Shown: positions 33,405 to 42,594, counted from the first letter of the stretch. The stretch: 54,151 nucleotides of DNA from a virus (IMGVR_UViG_3300044960_000107:1-54151), one strand, 5' to 3'. Numbers and translations: made by a program. The notes: generated from the sequence alone by a model not told the origin.

Positions 33405-34048
33405 TCCTCGTCCTCCTCACCGATGAGTTCGAGCTGCTGCTCGGCCACGACCTCGGCTGCTTCGTTGAGCACCTGGACGGCCCATTGCTCGACCTCGACA
33501 CCTACCTCCTCGGCCGCCTGCTGCCAGAGGAGGTAGTGCTCCTCGGCTGCACGCAGCTCGACCTGACGCAGGCGCACGATGTCGTTGGAGCTCGCGCCTG
33601 GTCCCTGGGGACCAGGGGCAGGGGGTAGGGCAGTCTTCTCCTCTGCGACAGCCCTCTCGAGCTCGATCTTGTTGAGGCCCTCCTCCTCGGCCATGTCGAG
33701 CAGTCGTTCCTGGTCCTCATAGTCGAGGAAGGCGACAGCCTTGTGGTGGCTGAAGCTGAGGGTGGCCCTGCGCCGGTCCTTCGGGATTCGCTTGCAGACC
33801 TTGTGGTAGTTGCGAAGCGTCTCCTTGTCGATGCCGAGGCTGGCGACGACCTCGTCGATGCCCTCGATGTGAGAGAAGCGGTGGTCCTTGATGACAGCCC
33901 AATCGCCGATCGCCCACTGGACCGCGTTGCCACTGCGGGCGATCCGCTTCCCGATGTCTACCCACTGTTCGTAGGTGATGCTGTCTTCGTCGACGTTGAG
34001 CCCGACGGGGGTGAGGTAGTTCTGGGGGATCGTCGCTGGGACTGTCAC
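33401..34048 (-). CDS. LmbU-like transcriptional regulator
   Basis: QWAIGDW, TLRNY, RRRATLSFSHHKAVA, QERLLDMA. Confidence 0.75.
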   Translation of the reverse strand: MTVPATIPQNYLTPVGLNVDEDSITYEQWVDIGKRIARSGNAVQWAIGDWAVIKDHRFSHIEGIDEVVASLGIDKETLRNYHKVCKRIPKDRRRATLSFSHHKAVAFLDYEDQERLLDMAEEEGLNKIELERAVAEEKTALPPAPGPQGPGASSNDIVRLRQVELRAAEEHYLLWQQAAEEVGVEVEQWAVQVLNEAAEVVAEQQLELIGEEDEE

Positions 34049-34064
34049 GCTGTCTCCTGGGCGG

Positions 34065-34904
34065 TTACGCTGCGAGCGCTGATCGGAGGTCGCGCAGGGC
34101 CCGGCTGACCCTGCGTTTCGACCAGTGAAGGTCGCTGGCTACCTCCTCGATCGTCTTGCCCTCGAACGCGATGGGCATGGCGATGCGTCGCAGGTAGAAG
34201 CGCTGGTCGGTGTCGAGTCGGGTGACGTTCACGAGCGAGCCGATCTGCTCGGCCATGTCGAACTCGTCTGGCGTGCGCTCGAGCTCCTCGGCGGGGACAA
34301 CCTGTGGGCGTCGCCGCCCGATCGCCGCGGACTTGCAGATGCGGCAGTGGGGAAGGTCCGCCTCGCTCTCGTTCGGGAAGACGGCCCCGCAGTCGAGGCA
34401 GGTGAGAATGCCATGTCGGCTGTCTCCGAACTGCTCTCTGTACCAGTCAGCCAGGCGCAGGCGCATCATCCGGTAGGCGTAGGTCGAGAACGAGAGCCCC
34501 TTGCTCGGGTCGTAGCCAGGGACGCGCTCGAGGTCGTTGCCGCACTCATCGCAGGTCGACGCCTGGTGTGTGTGCGGGTAGTTCTTGCCGCAGCCGGTCT
34601 TACGAACGAGCTCGTGGTCGCATGTCTCGCAGGTGATGAGTCCGGTCTTCGGCGCGTAGACGGCACCGCACTCCGGGCAACGCAGCCGAGAAATGCAGCG
34701 GACGCTGCCATAGGCGAGGTGGTAGGCGACACCGACGAGATAGGCATGGGCATCCTCTCTCTGGTGCTCGTTCAGGTGAGCCGACCACTGCTTGAGACGG
34801 GTCTCAAGCGCCTGGCGGGCAAGTGCGTTGACGTCTTCGACGTCATGGAGCTCGAGCTTCACTGCCTCCGAGGGTAGCACACCAAGTGACATTCGCCTAG
34901 TCAC
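34065..34904 (-). CDS. sigma70-family sigma factor with inserted zinc ribbons
   Basis: Region 2 YDPSKGLSFSTYAYRMMR; region 4 KTIEEVASDLHWSKRRVSRAL; five CxxC motifs. Confidence 0.8.
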   Translation of the reverse strand: MTRRMSLGVLPSEAVKLELHDVEDVNALARQALETRLKQWSAHLNEHQREDAHAYLVGVAYHLAYGSVRCISRLRCPECGAVYAPKTGLITCETCDHELVRKTGCGKNYPHTHQASTCDECGNDLERVPGYDPSKGLSFSTYAYRMMRLRLADWYREQFGDSRHGILTCLDCGAVFPNESEADLPHCRICKSAAIGRRRPQVVPAEELERTPDEFDMAEQIGSLVNVTRLDTDQRFYLRRIAMPIAFEGKTIEEVASDLHWSKRRVSRALRDLRSALAA

Positions 34905-35128
34905 CTTCGGCGATCCCGTCGAGCGATCGGCTTCCAGTCTTCCTCGTCGTAGACGATCGCATCAAACAGACCCTTGAACAGGTGGATGATAGCCAGTTCG
35001 CTCTCGGGGCAGCCCTCCGCTCGCATGCGTCTGACGAGCTCGAACTCGTGCAAGCGGTAGGTCGCAGTGACGTCACCCCATGTCACGTCACGGGACCGCG
35101 CGGTCTCCTTTCGGACTTTCGTAGACAC
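34901..35128 (-). CDS. hypothetical protein
   Basis: 75 aa; GGAGAGG SD. Confidence 0.65.
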   Translation of the reverse strand: MSTKVRKETARSRDVTWGDVTATYRLHEFELVRRMRAEGCPESELAIIHLFKGLFDAIVYDEEDWKPIARRDRRR

Positions 35129-35154
35129 GTCAGACCCTCTCCCCCCGTGTGTGA

Positions 35155-35391
35155 CCCTAGATTGTGTATTTCGTTACGTATTGGGACACGTAGAGAGGGG
35201 GACACACAGACACCCCGTCTCCTTTGTCTCCGAAAGTCATCTTTATGCCCCAATCCCGCATGGTTGAGCCGAAACTTTCGGAGACAACCAGCGTTTCTGA
35301 AAGCGTCTCCGCTGTCGCTGAAAGTGTCAAGTCGGTTGACACTTTCGGAAGCATTCGGAGACGCGAATGTCTCCGAAAGTGTCTCCGAAAG
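35155..35391. repeat. iteron-like repeats, putative replication origin
   Basis: TGTCTCCGAAAG at 35225, 35368, 35380, inverted at 35275, plus degenerate copies; AT-rich patch at ~35158-35183; downstream of primase/helicase-like genes. Confidence 0.7.
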
Positions 35392-35392
35392 G

Positions 35393-36733
35393 TCACGCCC
35401 CCCCCTGGGCGCCCTGCCCACCCTGCCCCGGCAGACGGATGAGGTTCCCGGGTCGACCACCGCTACGCACGACTTCGATCTCGACTTCATCGGGCCAGAG
35501 GCCCTTGATGATCTCCCAGCGCTTCTGTCTGGGCAGGGAGGAGCGGATGCCGCGAAGCAGGTCGTTGCGCATCGTCGGCCCGCGTCGCTGAAGAAACTCG
35601 ATCACCTTGCGCGCGTAGACGTCGTGTTCGTGAACCCCGGCGTTCTGGGCGAGGTCGGCGACCTCCTGGAGCGCGTGCTCGGCGAGCAAGTGCCCGTACT
35701 CGACATGGTGTTCCTCGACCTGGATGCTGTTGAAGGGAGTCGGCGGCGCCCACTCACTGACCGCCATGACCGTCGCCACCTTGAGCGCAGTGGTCTGGAG
35801 TCTGCTGAACGCCTCGAGGAGGCCACGGTTGATCTCGCTCGGGTCTTCGAGCACGGCCTTCTCGAGCCGCGTGACCCAGTCCTCGTACCAGGTTGCGCGC
35901 AGATCGGCCGCATCGTCGGTCAAGCGATCGAAGACGTTGCCGAGCGAGGCGGTCTGCCCGACGAGGGACTCGATCCACTCGATGAGTTCCTCGCGCTGGC
36001 GCATGGCGAGCAGTGTCTGCTTTGGCGGGATCGGGAGCAGCCGAGCTCGGCCCGGGTAAGGGATGAGCACGAAGCGGCCCATGAACCCGTCGCGGAGCAG
36101 CCCGACGCTAACGCGCTTCTCGAGCTCCTCGCGGGTCATCGTGGCGAGGATCGAGACGGCGCAGCGGGCACCGGGCATCTTCACGCCGCCGGTCTGGAGG
36201 CCGCCGTGTCGACCGTTCGTGACCTGCATTAGGGTCGCCCGAAGCTGTCCGAGCCACGAGTTGCCGCCCTTGAGGTCGCCGGGGTCGCCCAGAACGCCGC
36301 CGAACTCGTCCCAGTAGATGAGCGTCCCCGGAGGAGGGAACTGCTCCCATGTTTCGGCCTCGTCCTTGTCCTGGGGCGCGACGAGCTCGAGCAGCCCGCG
36401 GTTCGACGTGTGCGACATCGAGCGAACGCGAAGCTGCGGGTCCTCCTTGCCCTTCATCGCCTCGCGCGCGATCTCGTAGGCGCTAGCGGCGACGGTGGTC
36501 TTCCGGGCGACCGCTGAGCCGCCCTCGATGATGACGTTCACTGTGCAGGGCTCGGAGTTCTCGCCCCACTTGATGTGCGCCTTCCAGCCGATCGCCGCAC
36601 TGATAAGCGCGATCGCGGCGCCGAGATGCGCGTTCTCGTGGGCCTCCGACATGGGGCCGTAGAGCTCGACCCAGGAGCGAATCGCGCCGGCGTTGGGGAT
36701 GATGTTCTGTGAGGAGGCGATCGTCGGTGTCAT
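35393..36733 (-). CDS. DUF3987/YfjI-like replication ATPase (primase partner)
   Basis: GSAVARKTT, WDEFG, DGFMGRF; C-terminal winged-helix-like region; follows Prim-Pol. Confidence 0.7.
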   Translation of the reverse strand: MTPTIASSQNIIPNAGAIRSWVELYGPMSEAHENAHLGAAIALISAAIGWKAHIKWGENSEPCTVNVIIEGGSAVARKTTVAASAYEIAREAMKGKEDPQLRVRSMSHTSNRGLLELVAPQDKDEAETWEQFPPPGTLIYWDEFGGVLGDPGDLKGGNSWLGQLRATLMQVTNGRHGGLQTGGVKMPGARCAVSILATMTREELEKRVSVGLLRDGFMGRFVLIPYPGRARLLPIPPKQTLLAMRQREELIEWIESLVGQTASLGNVFDRLTDDAADLRATWYEDWVTRLEKAVLEDPSEINRGLLEAFSRLQTTALKVATVMAVSEWAPPTPFNSIQVEEHHVEYGHLLAEHALQEVADLAQNAGVHEHDVYARKVIEFLQRRGPTMRNDLLRGIRSSLPRQKRWEIIKGLWPDEVEIEVVRSGGRPGNLIRLPGQGGQGAQGGA

Positions 36734-37626
36734 CGACCTCTCCACTCCACGGCGGGAGGTCGCCCGGCGTCGGGGACGGCGCTCGCCGTGCCACGCGGAT
36801 CAGGCCCGACTGGGCCGTCGCCAAGACCTGCGCGAAAGCCGGACAGGAACGTCGCTCTGCTCTCGCGCGCGGTCAGTCCGGCATCGAGCGCCGCGGAAAT
36901 GAGGTAGTCGGCCGCTTCGCTATGCGACAGGTGCCCACCAGCGCTGAGCCGGCCGGCGCCGTAGGCTTCCTCGTTGAGCTGGTCGTTGCGAGTGCCCTCG
37001 GGTGCGGCCAGGATGCGCTCGCGCATATGTTCCAGGGCGGCCTTCCCGTATGGAGTCAGGCTGCCGGGGGCGACGATCTCGGTGGGACGGATGGCGACTC
37101 TGCTCTGCTCGGGCTCGGCCTCCCGGTGGAGGAGCTCGAGGAGCCTGGCCGGCGCATCGTGCAGCCGCACCATGCGCACCCACTCGTAACGGTTGCCGGA
37201 CGGGTGGATGCTGGGCGGCGCGACGACGTAGCCCCCGTCGCCACGGGTGTCTAGCCCGGGCCCGAGCTTCTTGGCACTGTTCTTCGCCCCCTCGGGACAG
37301 CGATAGAAGACGTGCCAGCCGCCGCTGCCGGTGCGAGCGACGAGGTCGTTCGGCCAGGCGTGCTGAACGGCGAGACGCTTCCAGGACTCGAGCCCTTCGG
37401 GTCCGTCGAGGTCGACGACGAGCAGGCCGCTTGCGTCGCCGGTGGCGATCCCGACGTTCGCATCCGGCCTCATCTCCCACCAGCGCCCGATCTGCTCGTG
37501 ATCGCGCGAGGCGTCTCTGCACCCGTGGCGGGTCAGGGGACGCTTGCCCCTCGGTTCGATCGGGAATACGGCCCAGCCGCCCTCCGCGTAGGCAAGCGCG
37601 GAGACAAGGAAAGAGGGGGAGCTCAC
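36730..37626 (-). CDS. bifunctional DNA primase/polymerase (Prim-Pol)
   Basis: GWAVFP, GKRP, ANVGIATG, VVDLD, TGSGGWH, GGYVVAPPS, GTRND. Confidence 0.93.
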   Translation of the reverse strand: MSSPSFLVSALAYAEGGWAVFPIEPRGKRPLTRHGCRDASRDHEQIGRWWEMRPDANVGIATGDASGLLVVDLDGPEGLESWKRLAVQHAWPNDLVARTGSGGWHVFYRCPEGAKNSAKKLGPGLDTRGDGGYVVAPPSIHPSGNRYEWVRMVRLHDAPARLLELLHREAEPEQSRVAIRPTEIVAPGSLTPYGKAALEHMRERILAAPEGTRNDQLNEEAYGAGRLSAGGHLSHSEAADYLISAALDAGLTARESRATFLSGFRAGLGDGPVGPDPRGTASAVPDAGRPPAVEWRGR

Positions 37627-37814
37627 CGGGCGATCACCGCCGCCCCGGCGACCTGGTCACGATGAACCAGGACCGCGGCCCCACCGTGCAGGAGGGCGGA
37701 CAGGTAGCCGCTGGGGCTCTCCGGCCTCAGTGAGCCGATCTTGATGTTGAGCCAGGTGCCGCCCTGCATGTAGAGCGCCTGAGCCTTCGCGCGCTGCGCG
37801 TTCGTGAACGTCAC
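37623..37814 (-). CDS. hypothetical protein
   Basis: 63 aa; GGAGG SD. Confidence 0.65.
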   Translation of the reverse strand: MTFTNAQRAKAQALYMQGGTWLNIKIGSLRPESPSGYLSALLHGGAAVLVHRDQVAGAAVIAR

Positions 37815-37829
37815 GAGGTCGACGACCTC

Positions 37830-38264
37830 CTACGTGTCGATGGGGTGGACGACGATCTCGGCAGCCGGCGGGTCGCCGTAGACCTTGATCGCGTGCTGTC
37901 TGATGACCTGCGAGTCGTCCCGCCAGACGACGCCCTTCATGGCGTCCTCCGTCGAGCGAACGAGCTTCGTCAGGTCAGGGGCGACCGTCGGGTAGGGGCG
38001 CTTCTTCTCGCTGACAGACTGGGGCCGGGGTAGCCAGAACTTGAGGACGAGGTGGAGTGGTCCCTCGAGCGGGTCGCGACCGATCATGGCGGTGATGGCC
38101 GCGGTCCTGACGAGCTTCTTCCAGTGAGACGTCCTGGGCTTCGTCTTGCGTCGCTCGCCCATGTCGTAGGTGAAGATCGTCCCGTCCTTGCGTCGCCCGT
38201 GAGCCTTCGATCCGGCAGGCGCCGGCTCGCCGACGACGGTGAAGCGGATCGCATAGGGGTTCAT
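37830..38264 (-). CDS. rusA: RusA-family Holliday junction resolvase
   Basis: PAPAGSK, PDLTKLVRSTEDAM...WRDDSQV. Confidence 0.9.
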   Translation of the reverse strand: MNPYAIRFTVVGEPAPAGSKAHGRRKDGTIFTYDMGERRKTKPRTSHWKKLVRTAAITAMIGRDPLEGPLHLVLKFWLPRPQSVSEKKRPYPTVAPDLTKLVRSTEDAMKGVVWRDDSQVIRQHAIKVYGDPPAAEIVVHPIDT

Positions 38265-38434
38265 GCGGGCTCCTCGTCGACGACGAGTGATAGGTGCGCT
38301 CGCCGCTGTTCATGATCGCGGACGCGCAGCTCCACTTCGGCCGGCCCACGGATGACGAGGACCTCGTCCTCGTCGTCCATGAGGATGAGCCGCTCGCTCG
38401 CGCGCAGCGCGTAGCTGACCGTCGACGGGTTCAT
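38261..38434 (-). CDS. hypothetical protein
   Basis: MNPSTVSYALRASERL...; ATGA overlaps. Confidence 0.6.
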   Translation of the reverse strand: MNPSTVSYALRASERLILMDDEDEVLVIRGPAEVELRVRDHEQRRAHLSLVVDEEPA

Positions 38435-38754
38435 AGGCTGGGCAGCCCGTAGTAGTCGGCGGCCTCCTCGCCGAACATGGGCCGCCAGCCGAGGCGCTCC
38501 ATGTCCTTGCGGATGCGCGGAGTGACCTCGCCCTCGTTGCCACCGCAGTAGAAGTCGAGGTAGCACTCGCCGCGGTCGCGGATGTCTGCCACGATCGCGC
38601 CAGCCGTTCGCCACGTGCAGGAGAAGGTGTCGCCGGTCTCTAGGTGCTTCCACGGCACGTTGCAGAGCGCGGCGTATAGCTCGAAGGCATAGTCGAGCGC
38701 GCAGACGCGATCGGCGAGCTTCTCGAACTCGGGCTCCATCAGCGATTCCGGCAT
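38431..38754 (-). CDS. hypothetical phage protein
   Basis: YAFELYAALCN...SCTWRTAGAIVADIR...YLDFYC...LGW. Confidence 0.75.
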   Translation of the reverse strand: MPESLMEPEFEKLADRVCALDYAFELYAALCNVPWKHLETGDTFSCTWRTAGAIVADIRDRGECYLDFYCGGNEGEVTPRIRKDMERLGWRPMFGEEAADYYGLPSL

Positions 38755-38921
38755 GGCTCCTCGATCGAGTTGCCGATCGCATCGAAGATGCCGACCGCGA
38801 AGATCATCGTGCAGCCGATCGCCACGGACCGCCACCGGCCGACGTCGAGGACGTACACGAGGAAGTACATGAGCCCGATGTAAGGCAGCGAGCGGATCAG
38901 GCAGGCGACAACGAGGTTCAT
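38739..38921 (-). CDS. small membrane protein
   Basis: Two hydrophobic stretches. Confidence 0.6.
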   Translation of the reverse strand: MNLVVACLIRSLPYIGLMYFLVYVLDVGRWRSVAIGCTMIFAVGIFDAIGNSIEEPCRNR

Positions 38922-39154
38922 GCCGACCTCGGCATCCCGGGATGAGACAGCTCGGCCGCGTTCTCGTCGTAGACCTGACTGAGCGGCTTCGCCCAACCCG
39001 TCTTCTCGCGCGCGCGCAAGGCCATCAGTCGTTCGCCAAGCTGCTCGGGATCGCGCATGTCGCGGCGATCGGTCTGGAGCGTCGAGACGTCGATACTTAG
39101 GCCCCAGGGGCCCTTCGGTACTTCGACGCTGACGGGTGGTGCGTAGCCGCTCAT
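38918..39154 (-). CDS. hypothetical protein
   Basis: 78 aa; GGAGG SD. Confidence 0.65.
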   Translation of the reverse strand: MSGYAPPVSVEVPKGPWGLSIDVSTLQTDRRDMRDPEQLGERLMALRAREKTGWAKPLSQVYDENAAELSHPGMPRSA

Positions 39155-39294
39155 CGTTCCTCCTGCTGGTCGGCTAGATCGCGCTTGCGAAGTTCGTCTG
39201 CTGCTCGCCGCAGAAGCTCGGCGGTGTCTCGATAGCCGTGATGGTCGAGCTGTCGCGCCTTGCGTTCGAGCTGGTCAGGCAGCGGCCTCTCCAC
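39151..39294 (-). CDS. small hypothetical protein
   Basis: GTG ERPLPDQLERKARQL...; GGAGG SD. Confidence 0.6.
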   Translation of the reverse strand: MERPLPDQLERKARQLDHHGYRDTAELLRRAADELRKRDLADQQEER

Positions 39295-39607
39295 GGCGGG
39301 CCTCCTTCTCGGTCTCGAGCTCCTCGAGGAGATCGTGGTACTTGACCTCCCACTCCTCGCACTCCTGGCGCAACGCCTCGATCCGTTCCTCGAGGGCGGC
39401 GATCTGGAGCGCGGCCCTCGCGCGCTTCTCGATCGCATCCCAAAGCTCGGGTGAGGCGTGCGACTGCTTCAACAGCTCGACGAGTTCGCGGCGATGCTGG
39501 TCGGCCTCCTGGAGGCGGAAGGCGATCTGGCTCAGGTCGCCCATCGACCTGCACAACGCCGCGAGGTGCCGGTAGATGGTGACGAGGTGGTCGCTGTCCC
39601 TGCTCAT
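39275..39607 (-). CDS. coiled-coil hypothetical protein
   Basis: MSRDSDHLVTIY...; ATGA overlap. Confidence 0.65.
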   Translation of the reverse strand: MSRDSDHLVTIYRHLAALCRSMGDLSQIAFRLQEADQHRRELVELLKQSHASPELWDAIEKRARAALQIAALEERIEALRQECEEWEVKYHDLLEELETEKEARRGEAAA

Positions 39608-39927
39608 GCGGCGATCTCCTCTCGACCGAGGTTGGGCGGGCGCAGCGTGGTGATGACCACGAGACGCTCGCCATTGCGCGCGGGACGCACGACGTAGGCC
39701 CGCTTGTGATCCTCCGTCCAGACGTAGCGGGCGCCGGCCTGAGCCTTCCTCCGATCGGAACAGAGCCAGCGCGGCTGAGTCTTCGCCCTGCGGCCTTCCT
39801 CCCAGGCTCGACCGACCTCGTGGCAGATCATTCGGATGAGGCTCTGCCGCTCCATGCGGATATTCGGGAAGCGGTTGAGAGCCTGGTCGATCGCGTGCTG
39901 CGTGACGCTGATCTGGGGGCGGATCAT
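39604..39927 (-). CDS. hypothetical protein (RelE-like terminal motifs)
   Basis: VTQHAIDQA...LVVITTL. Confidence 0.55.
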   Translation of the reverse strand: MIRPQISVTQHAIDQALNRFPNIRMERQSLIRMICHEVGRAWEEGRRAKTQPRWLCSDRRKAQAGARYVWTEDHKRAYVVRPARNGERLVVITTLRPPNLGREEIAA

Positions 39928-40205
39928 GCGATGACCTCCACCGGCTCAACAGCGAACTTGGCGAGGCCCTTGATCCACGGGTGCGGCACGTTGTCGCTGT
40001 CGCGGGCGGCGTTGAGCTCGGTGCAGCGCTGCTCGGCGTGCTCCCGGTCGGCGTAGATGCCCTCACGCCACTCGACATCGCCGAGCCAGCCCTCGAGGAC
40101 GTAAACGACCTTCGGCGCCCTGAGCAGCTCGTCGATGTCTGCGGCAGCGCTCCAGTTCACGATCCCGCGCTTCGCGAGCAGACGTGCCCCAGGGCTGCCG
40201 GTCAT
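39924..40205 (-). CDS. hypothetical protein
   Basis: VYVLEG...GIYADREHAE. Confidence 0.65.
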   Translation of the reverse strand: MTGSPGARLLAKRGIVNWSAAADIDELLRAPKVVYVLEGWLGDVEWREGIYADREHAEQRCTELNAARDSDNVPHPWIKGLAKFAVEPVEVIA

Positions 40206-40534
40206 CGCTGTCCTCCTGCGAGCGTCTCGACGAGCGTGAGCAGACGATCGCGCACGCGCCTGGTGTCACCTAGCGCGTCCTGGTCGGTCGGTTCGTCGGG
40301 CGCGATGACTGACTCGAGCAGCTCCCAGAGATCGGCAGGGACCACAAGGGAGGGCGGCGTGCGCGTTGGCGCTGCCTCGTCGACCCTCTCGCTTTCGTCC
40401 CAGGCGCGCACGAGAACGCCGTCTTCGAGTCGGTAGCGGTAGACGATCGTTCCGGCGCTGTCACGCGAGAAAAGCCAGACGTGCCGGGCGAGCGTCGGAG
40501 GGTCGATCTCGACGTGTACGCGCACGCCAGTCAC
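40202..40534 (-). CDS. hypothetical protein
   Basis: GTG start after GGAGG. Confidence 0.6.
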   Translation of the reverse strand: MTGVRVHVEIDPPTLARHVWLFSRDSAGTIVYRYRLEDGVLVRAWDESERVDEAAPTRTPPSLVVPADLWELLESVIAPDEPTDQDALGDTRRVRDRLLTLVETLAGGQR

Positions 40535-40794
40535 GGCCGAACCTCCGCATACTCGCGCACGGTGATGTAGCTCCCGTCGTGCCAGACCTTCGACTCGGCC
40601 GCCCACTCGGCAAGATGGTCGAGTCCGATGTCCTCGATCCAGTGCGATGCAACAGCCGGCGGCACCGCGTAGTGGAATAGACAGTTGTCGCACCAGGCGG
40701 CGGACATCGCGACCCCAGGGACGCATGCGACGCCGACGTAGCTACCACCGCTGTTGCCGCCACAGACGTCGCAGGCGAGAGTGGTCGCGCTCAT
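40531..40794 (-). CDS. Cys-rich hypothetical protein
   Basis: CDVC...WCDNC. Confidence 0.65.
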   Translation of the reverse strand: MSATTLACDVCGGNSGGSYVGVACVPGVAMSAAWCDNCLFHYAVPPAVASHWIEDIGLDHLAEWAAESKVWHDGSYITVREYAEVRP

Positions 40795-41687
40795 GCGGCC
40801 ACCTCCTGCGGGCGCAGTCGGTCGTCGTGCTCGCGCCGGTGAAGCGAAAACCAGTAGAGGGCGGCGGCGTGCCAGGCGACAGCGATGATGTGGTTGATCT
40901 CGAACTCGAGCTCCTCGCCGGTCTCTCGGTCGACGAAGCGCTCGATCGAGGTCTCCTCGCCGACCTCCCAGGCAGCCAGGTGGCGGTGCAGGGCGGCGAG
41001 CGACCACGACCACGGATAGCCCCGAGCCCAGTTGTGGTCCTCGTACTTGCGTGCGCCGATCCCATAGTGGCGGCCGAGCGCCTGCCGGAACTCGGCCGGA
41101 ATCAGGTCGCCGCGCTCGAGCTTCTGCCCCTTCTGGCCGCCCGTCGAGGCGGTTGCGCGAATCTCGTCGCCGACAAAAGCAGTGGGCACCTTGATCGGCT
41201 CACGGCCCTCGACGTCGGGCACCCATAGGCGTTCAACCGACGAGGATTCACTCTGAGTACCAATGGGCTCGCCCTCGCTGTCGGTGGGGATGATCGTCAG
41301 GTCTGGGTAGGCGAGGACGGGGATGCTGAGTGTGCGCGCGACGTGGACCTCGAGCTGTGCCCCCTGCGACTTCTCCCAGCCCGGGAGCACCACGATGAAG
41401 TCGGAGTTGCAGACGACCGGCAGGTCGTCTGCCATGCAGTCCTTGAAGGTGCGGCCAGGGTTCTCGGTGTCGACTGCACGCTCGCGCGAGCCGAGAATCT
41501 CGATGTCGCGCTCGGCCGGGCTCCATACCTCGAAGCCGTCGTAACGGAGCGTCGCTGCGGCCTCCTCGAACGCCGGGAAGTTGAACTCGGGGATGCCGCG
41601 CATCGGCCCCGCTAGGTAGACGCGAGGCGGACGGAGCGCGTCCCAAGGGGTCGGCCAGTTGTGTCCATGCGGGCAGCGGTCGCTCAT
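40791..41687 (-). CDS. fusion of DUF4406 (nucleoside deoxyribosyltransferase-like) and DUF5664 (dATP/dGTP diphosphohydrolase-like) domains
   Basis: VYLAGPMRGIPEFNFPAF...LPGWEKSQGAQLE; GARKYEDHNWARG...ALHRHL...HIIAVAW. Confidence 0.8.
   Translation of the reverse strand: MSDRCPHGHNWPTPWDALRPPRVYLAGPMRGIPEFNFPAFEEAAATLRYDGFEVWSPAERDIEILGSRERAVDTENPGRTFKDCMADDLPVVCNSDFIVVLPGWEKSQGAQLEVHVARTLSIPVLAYPDLTIIPTDSEGEPIGTQSESSSVERLWVPDVEGREPIKVPTAFVGDEIRATASTGGQKGQKLERGDLIPAEFRQALGRHYGIGARKYEDHNWARGYPWSWSLAALHRHLAAWEVGEETSIERFVDRETGEELEFEINHIIAVAWHAAALYWFSLHRREHDDRLRPQEVAA
41224..41265. repeat. 42-bp dyad site, copy 7 (degenerate, intragenic)
   Basis: CATAGGCGTTC-N20-GAGTACCAATG, in the inter-domain linker. 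Confidence 0.7.
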
Positions 41688-41953
41688 CGTCCCATCGCCT
41701 TGTCGAGGAGGCTCTGCCCGACTGCCTCCGGGTTGACGTCCTGGTCGGGGATACCGCGGGCGACCCGCACCGGGCTCGTCGCGCGATGCAGCACCTCCCA
41801 CTGGTCGTGCGTGAAGACCAGCTCGAAGATGTGTCCGCTTACCGGCTCGGTAACGTGCAGGACCTTGACGGGCACCTCGCCGTTTGGCGTCTGCATGCCG
41901 CCGTCGATGACAGCGGCGACCTGAGCGGGGGAGACTCGAGTGAGTAGAGGCAT
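41684..41953 (-). CDS. hypothetical protein
   Basis: MPLLTRVSPAQV... Confidence 0.65.
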   Translation of the reverse strand: MPLLTRVSPAQVAAVIDGGMQTPNGEVPVKVLHVTEPVSGHIFELVFTHDQWEVLHRATSPVRVARGIPDQDVNPEAVGQSLLDKAMGR

Positions 41954-42216
41954 CAGCACGCCCCCTCGGAGATGGGACTGGACACGACTTCGACCGCGGT
42001 GTGCGAGAGCGGGACGTCGATGACGGCCTCCGGCCGAAGCGGCAGGAACGCCTCCTCGGGGATGCAGAGAGTGATGCCGACCAGCACCGTGCCGCCGAGC
42101 GGCGACTCCGGCTTGCGCTGCGTCATGCGCACGACGCGAGCGCCCCAGACCTTCGAGCCGTTGTAGTTGAACTCGGGCTCGACCTGGAGATAGCAGGTTG
42201 CCTCGACCTTGCTCAC
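41953..42216 (-). CDS. hypothetical phage protein
   Basis: ATCYLQVEP...RMTQRKP...AFLPLRP. Confidence 0.7.
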   Translation of the reverse strand: MSKVEATCYLQVEPEFNYNGSKVWGARVVRMTQRKPESPLGGTVLVGITLCIPEEAFLPLRPEAVIDVPLSHTAVEVVSSPISEGAC

Positions 42217-42413
42217 GATCCCTCCTTCTTGGCGCGCTCGCGCAGGGCCTCGCGGACCCAGCCGCGCCCCCCGCGCGCCAGCTCGTAGATGTCGGGCTCG
42301 CCGCGCGAGCAGTCCGCGCAGGCGCGGAAGTCGTCAGCAAGCCGCCTCAGCTTGCGAACGCGGTTGCATCGCGGGCAAAGTCCCACATTCGGGTTGCGTC
42401 TACGCTGCCGCAT
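42213..42413 (-). CDS. small basic zinc-ribbon protein
   Basis: CPRC...CADC. Confidence 0.55.
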   Translation of the reverse strand: MRQRRRNPNVGLCPRCNRVRKLRRLADDFRACADCSRGEPDIYELARGGRGWVREALRERAKKEGS

Positions 42414-42594
42414 GGCGCTTGCGCTCGTGCAGGAGCTTGATCTCGTCGTCGAGAGTGAGGTTCTGAGCGAGAAGCTCCTTCGCGTCCTCGTAGCCTCGCT
42501 TCCATTCCTCGCGCGCGAAGGGACCGCGCTCGCGGCACGCGCCACGTGATTCGCCGCATGTGCCGGCCTGGTAACCGCGCTCGTAGGGAGTCAT
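42400..42594 (-). CDS. Rmf/CrpP-fold-like small protein
   Basis: YERGYQAG..GE...C......REEWKRGY. Confidence 0.55.
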   Translation of the reverse strand: MTPYERGYQAGTCGESRGACRERGPFAREEWKRGYEDAKELLAQNLTLDDEIKLLHERKRHAAA

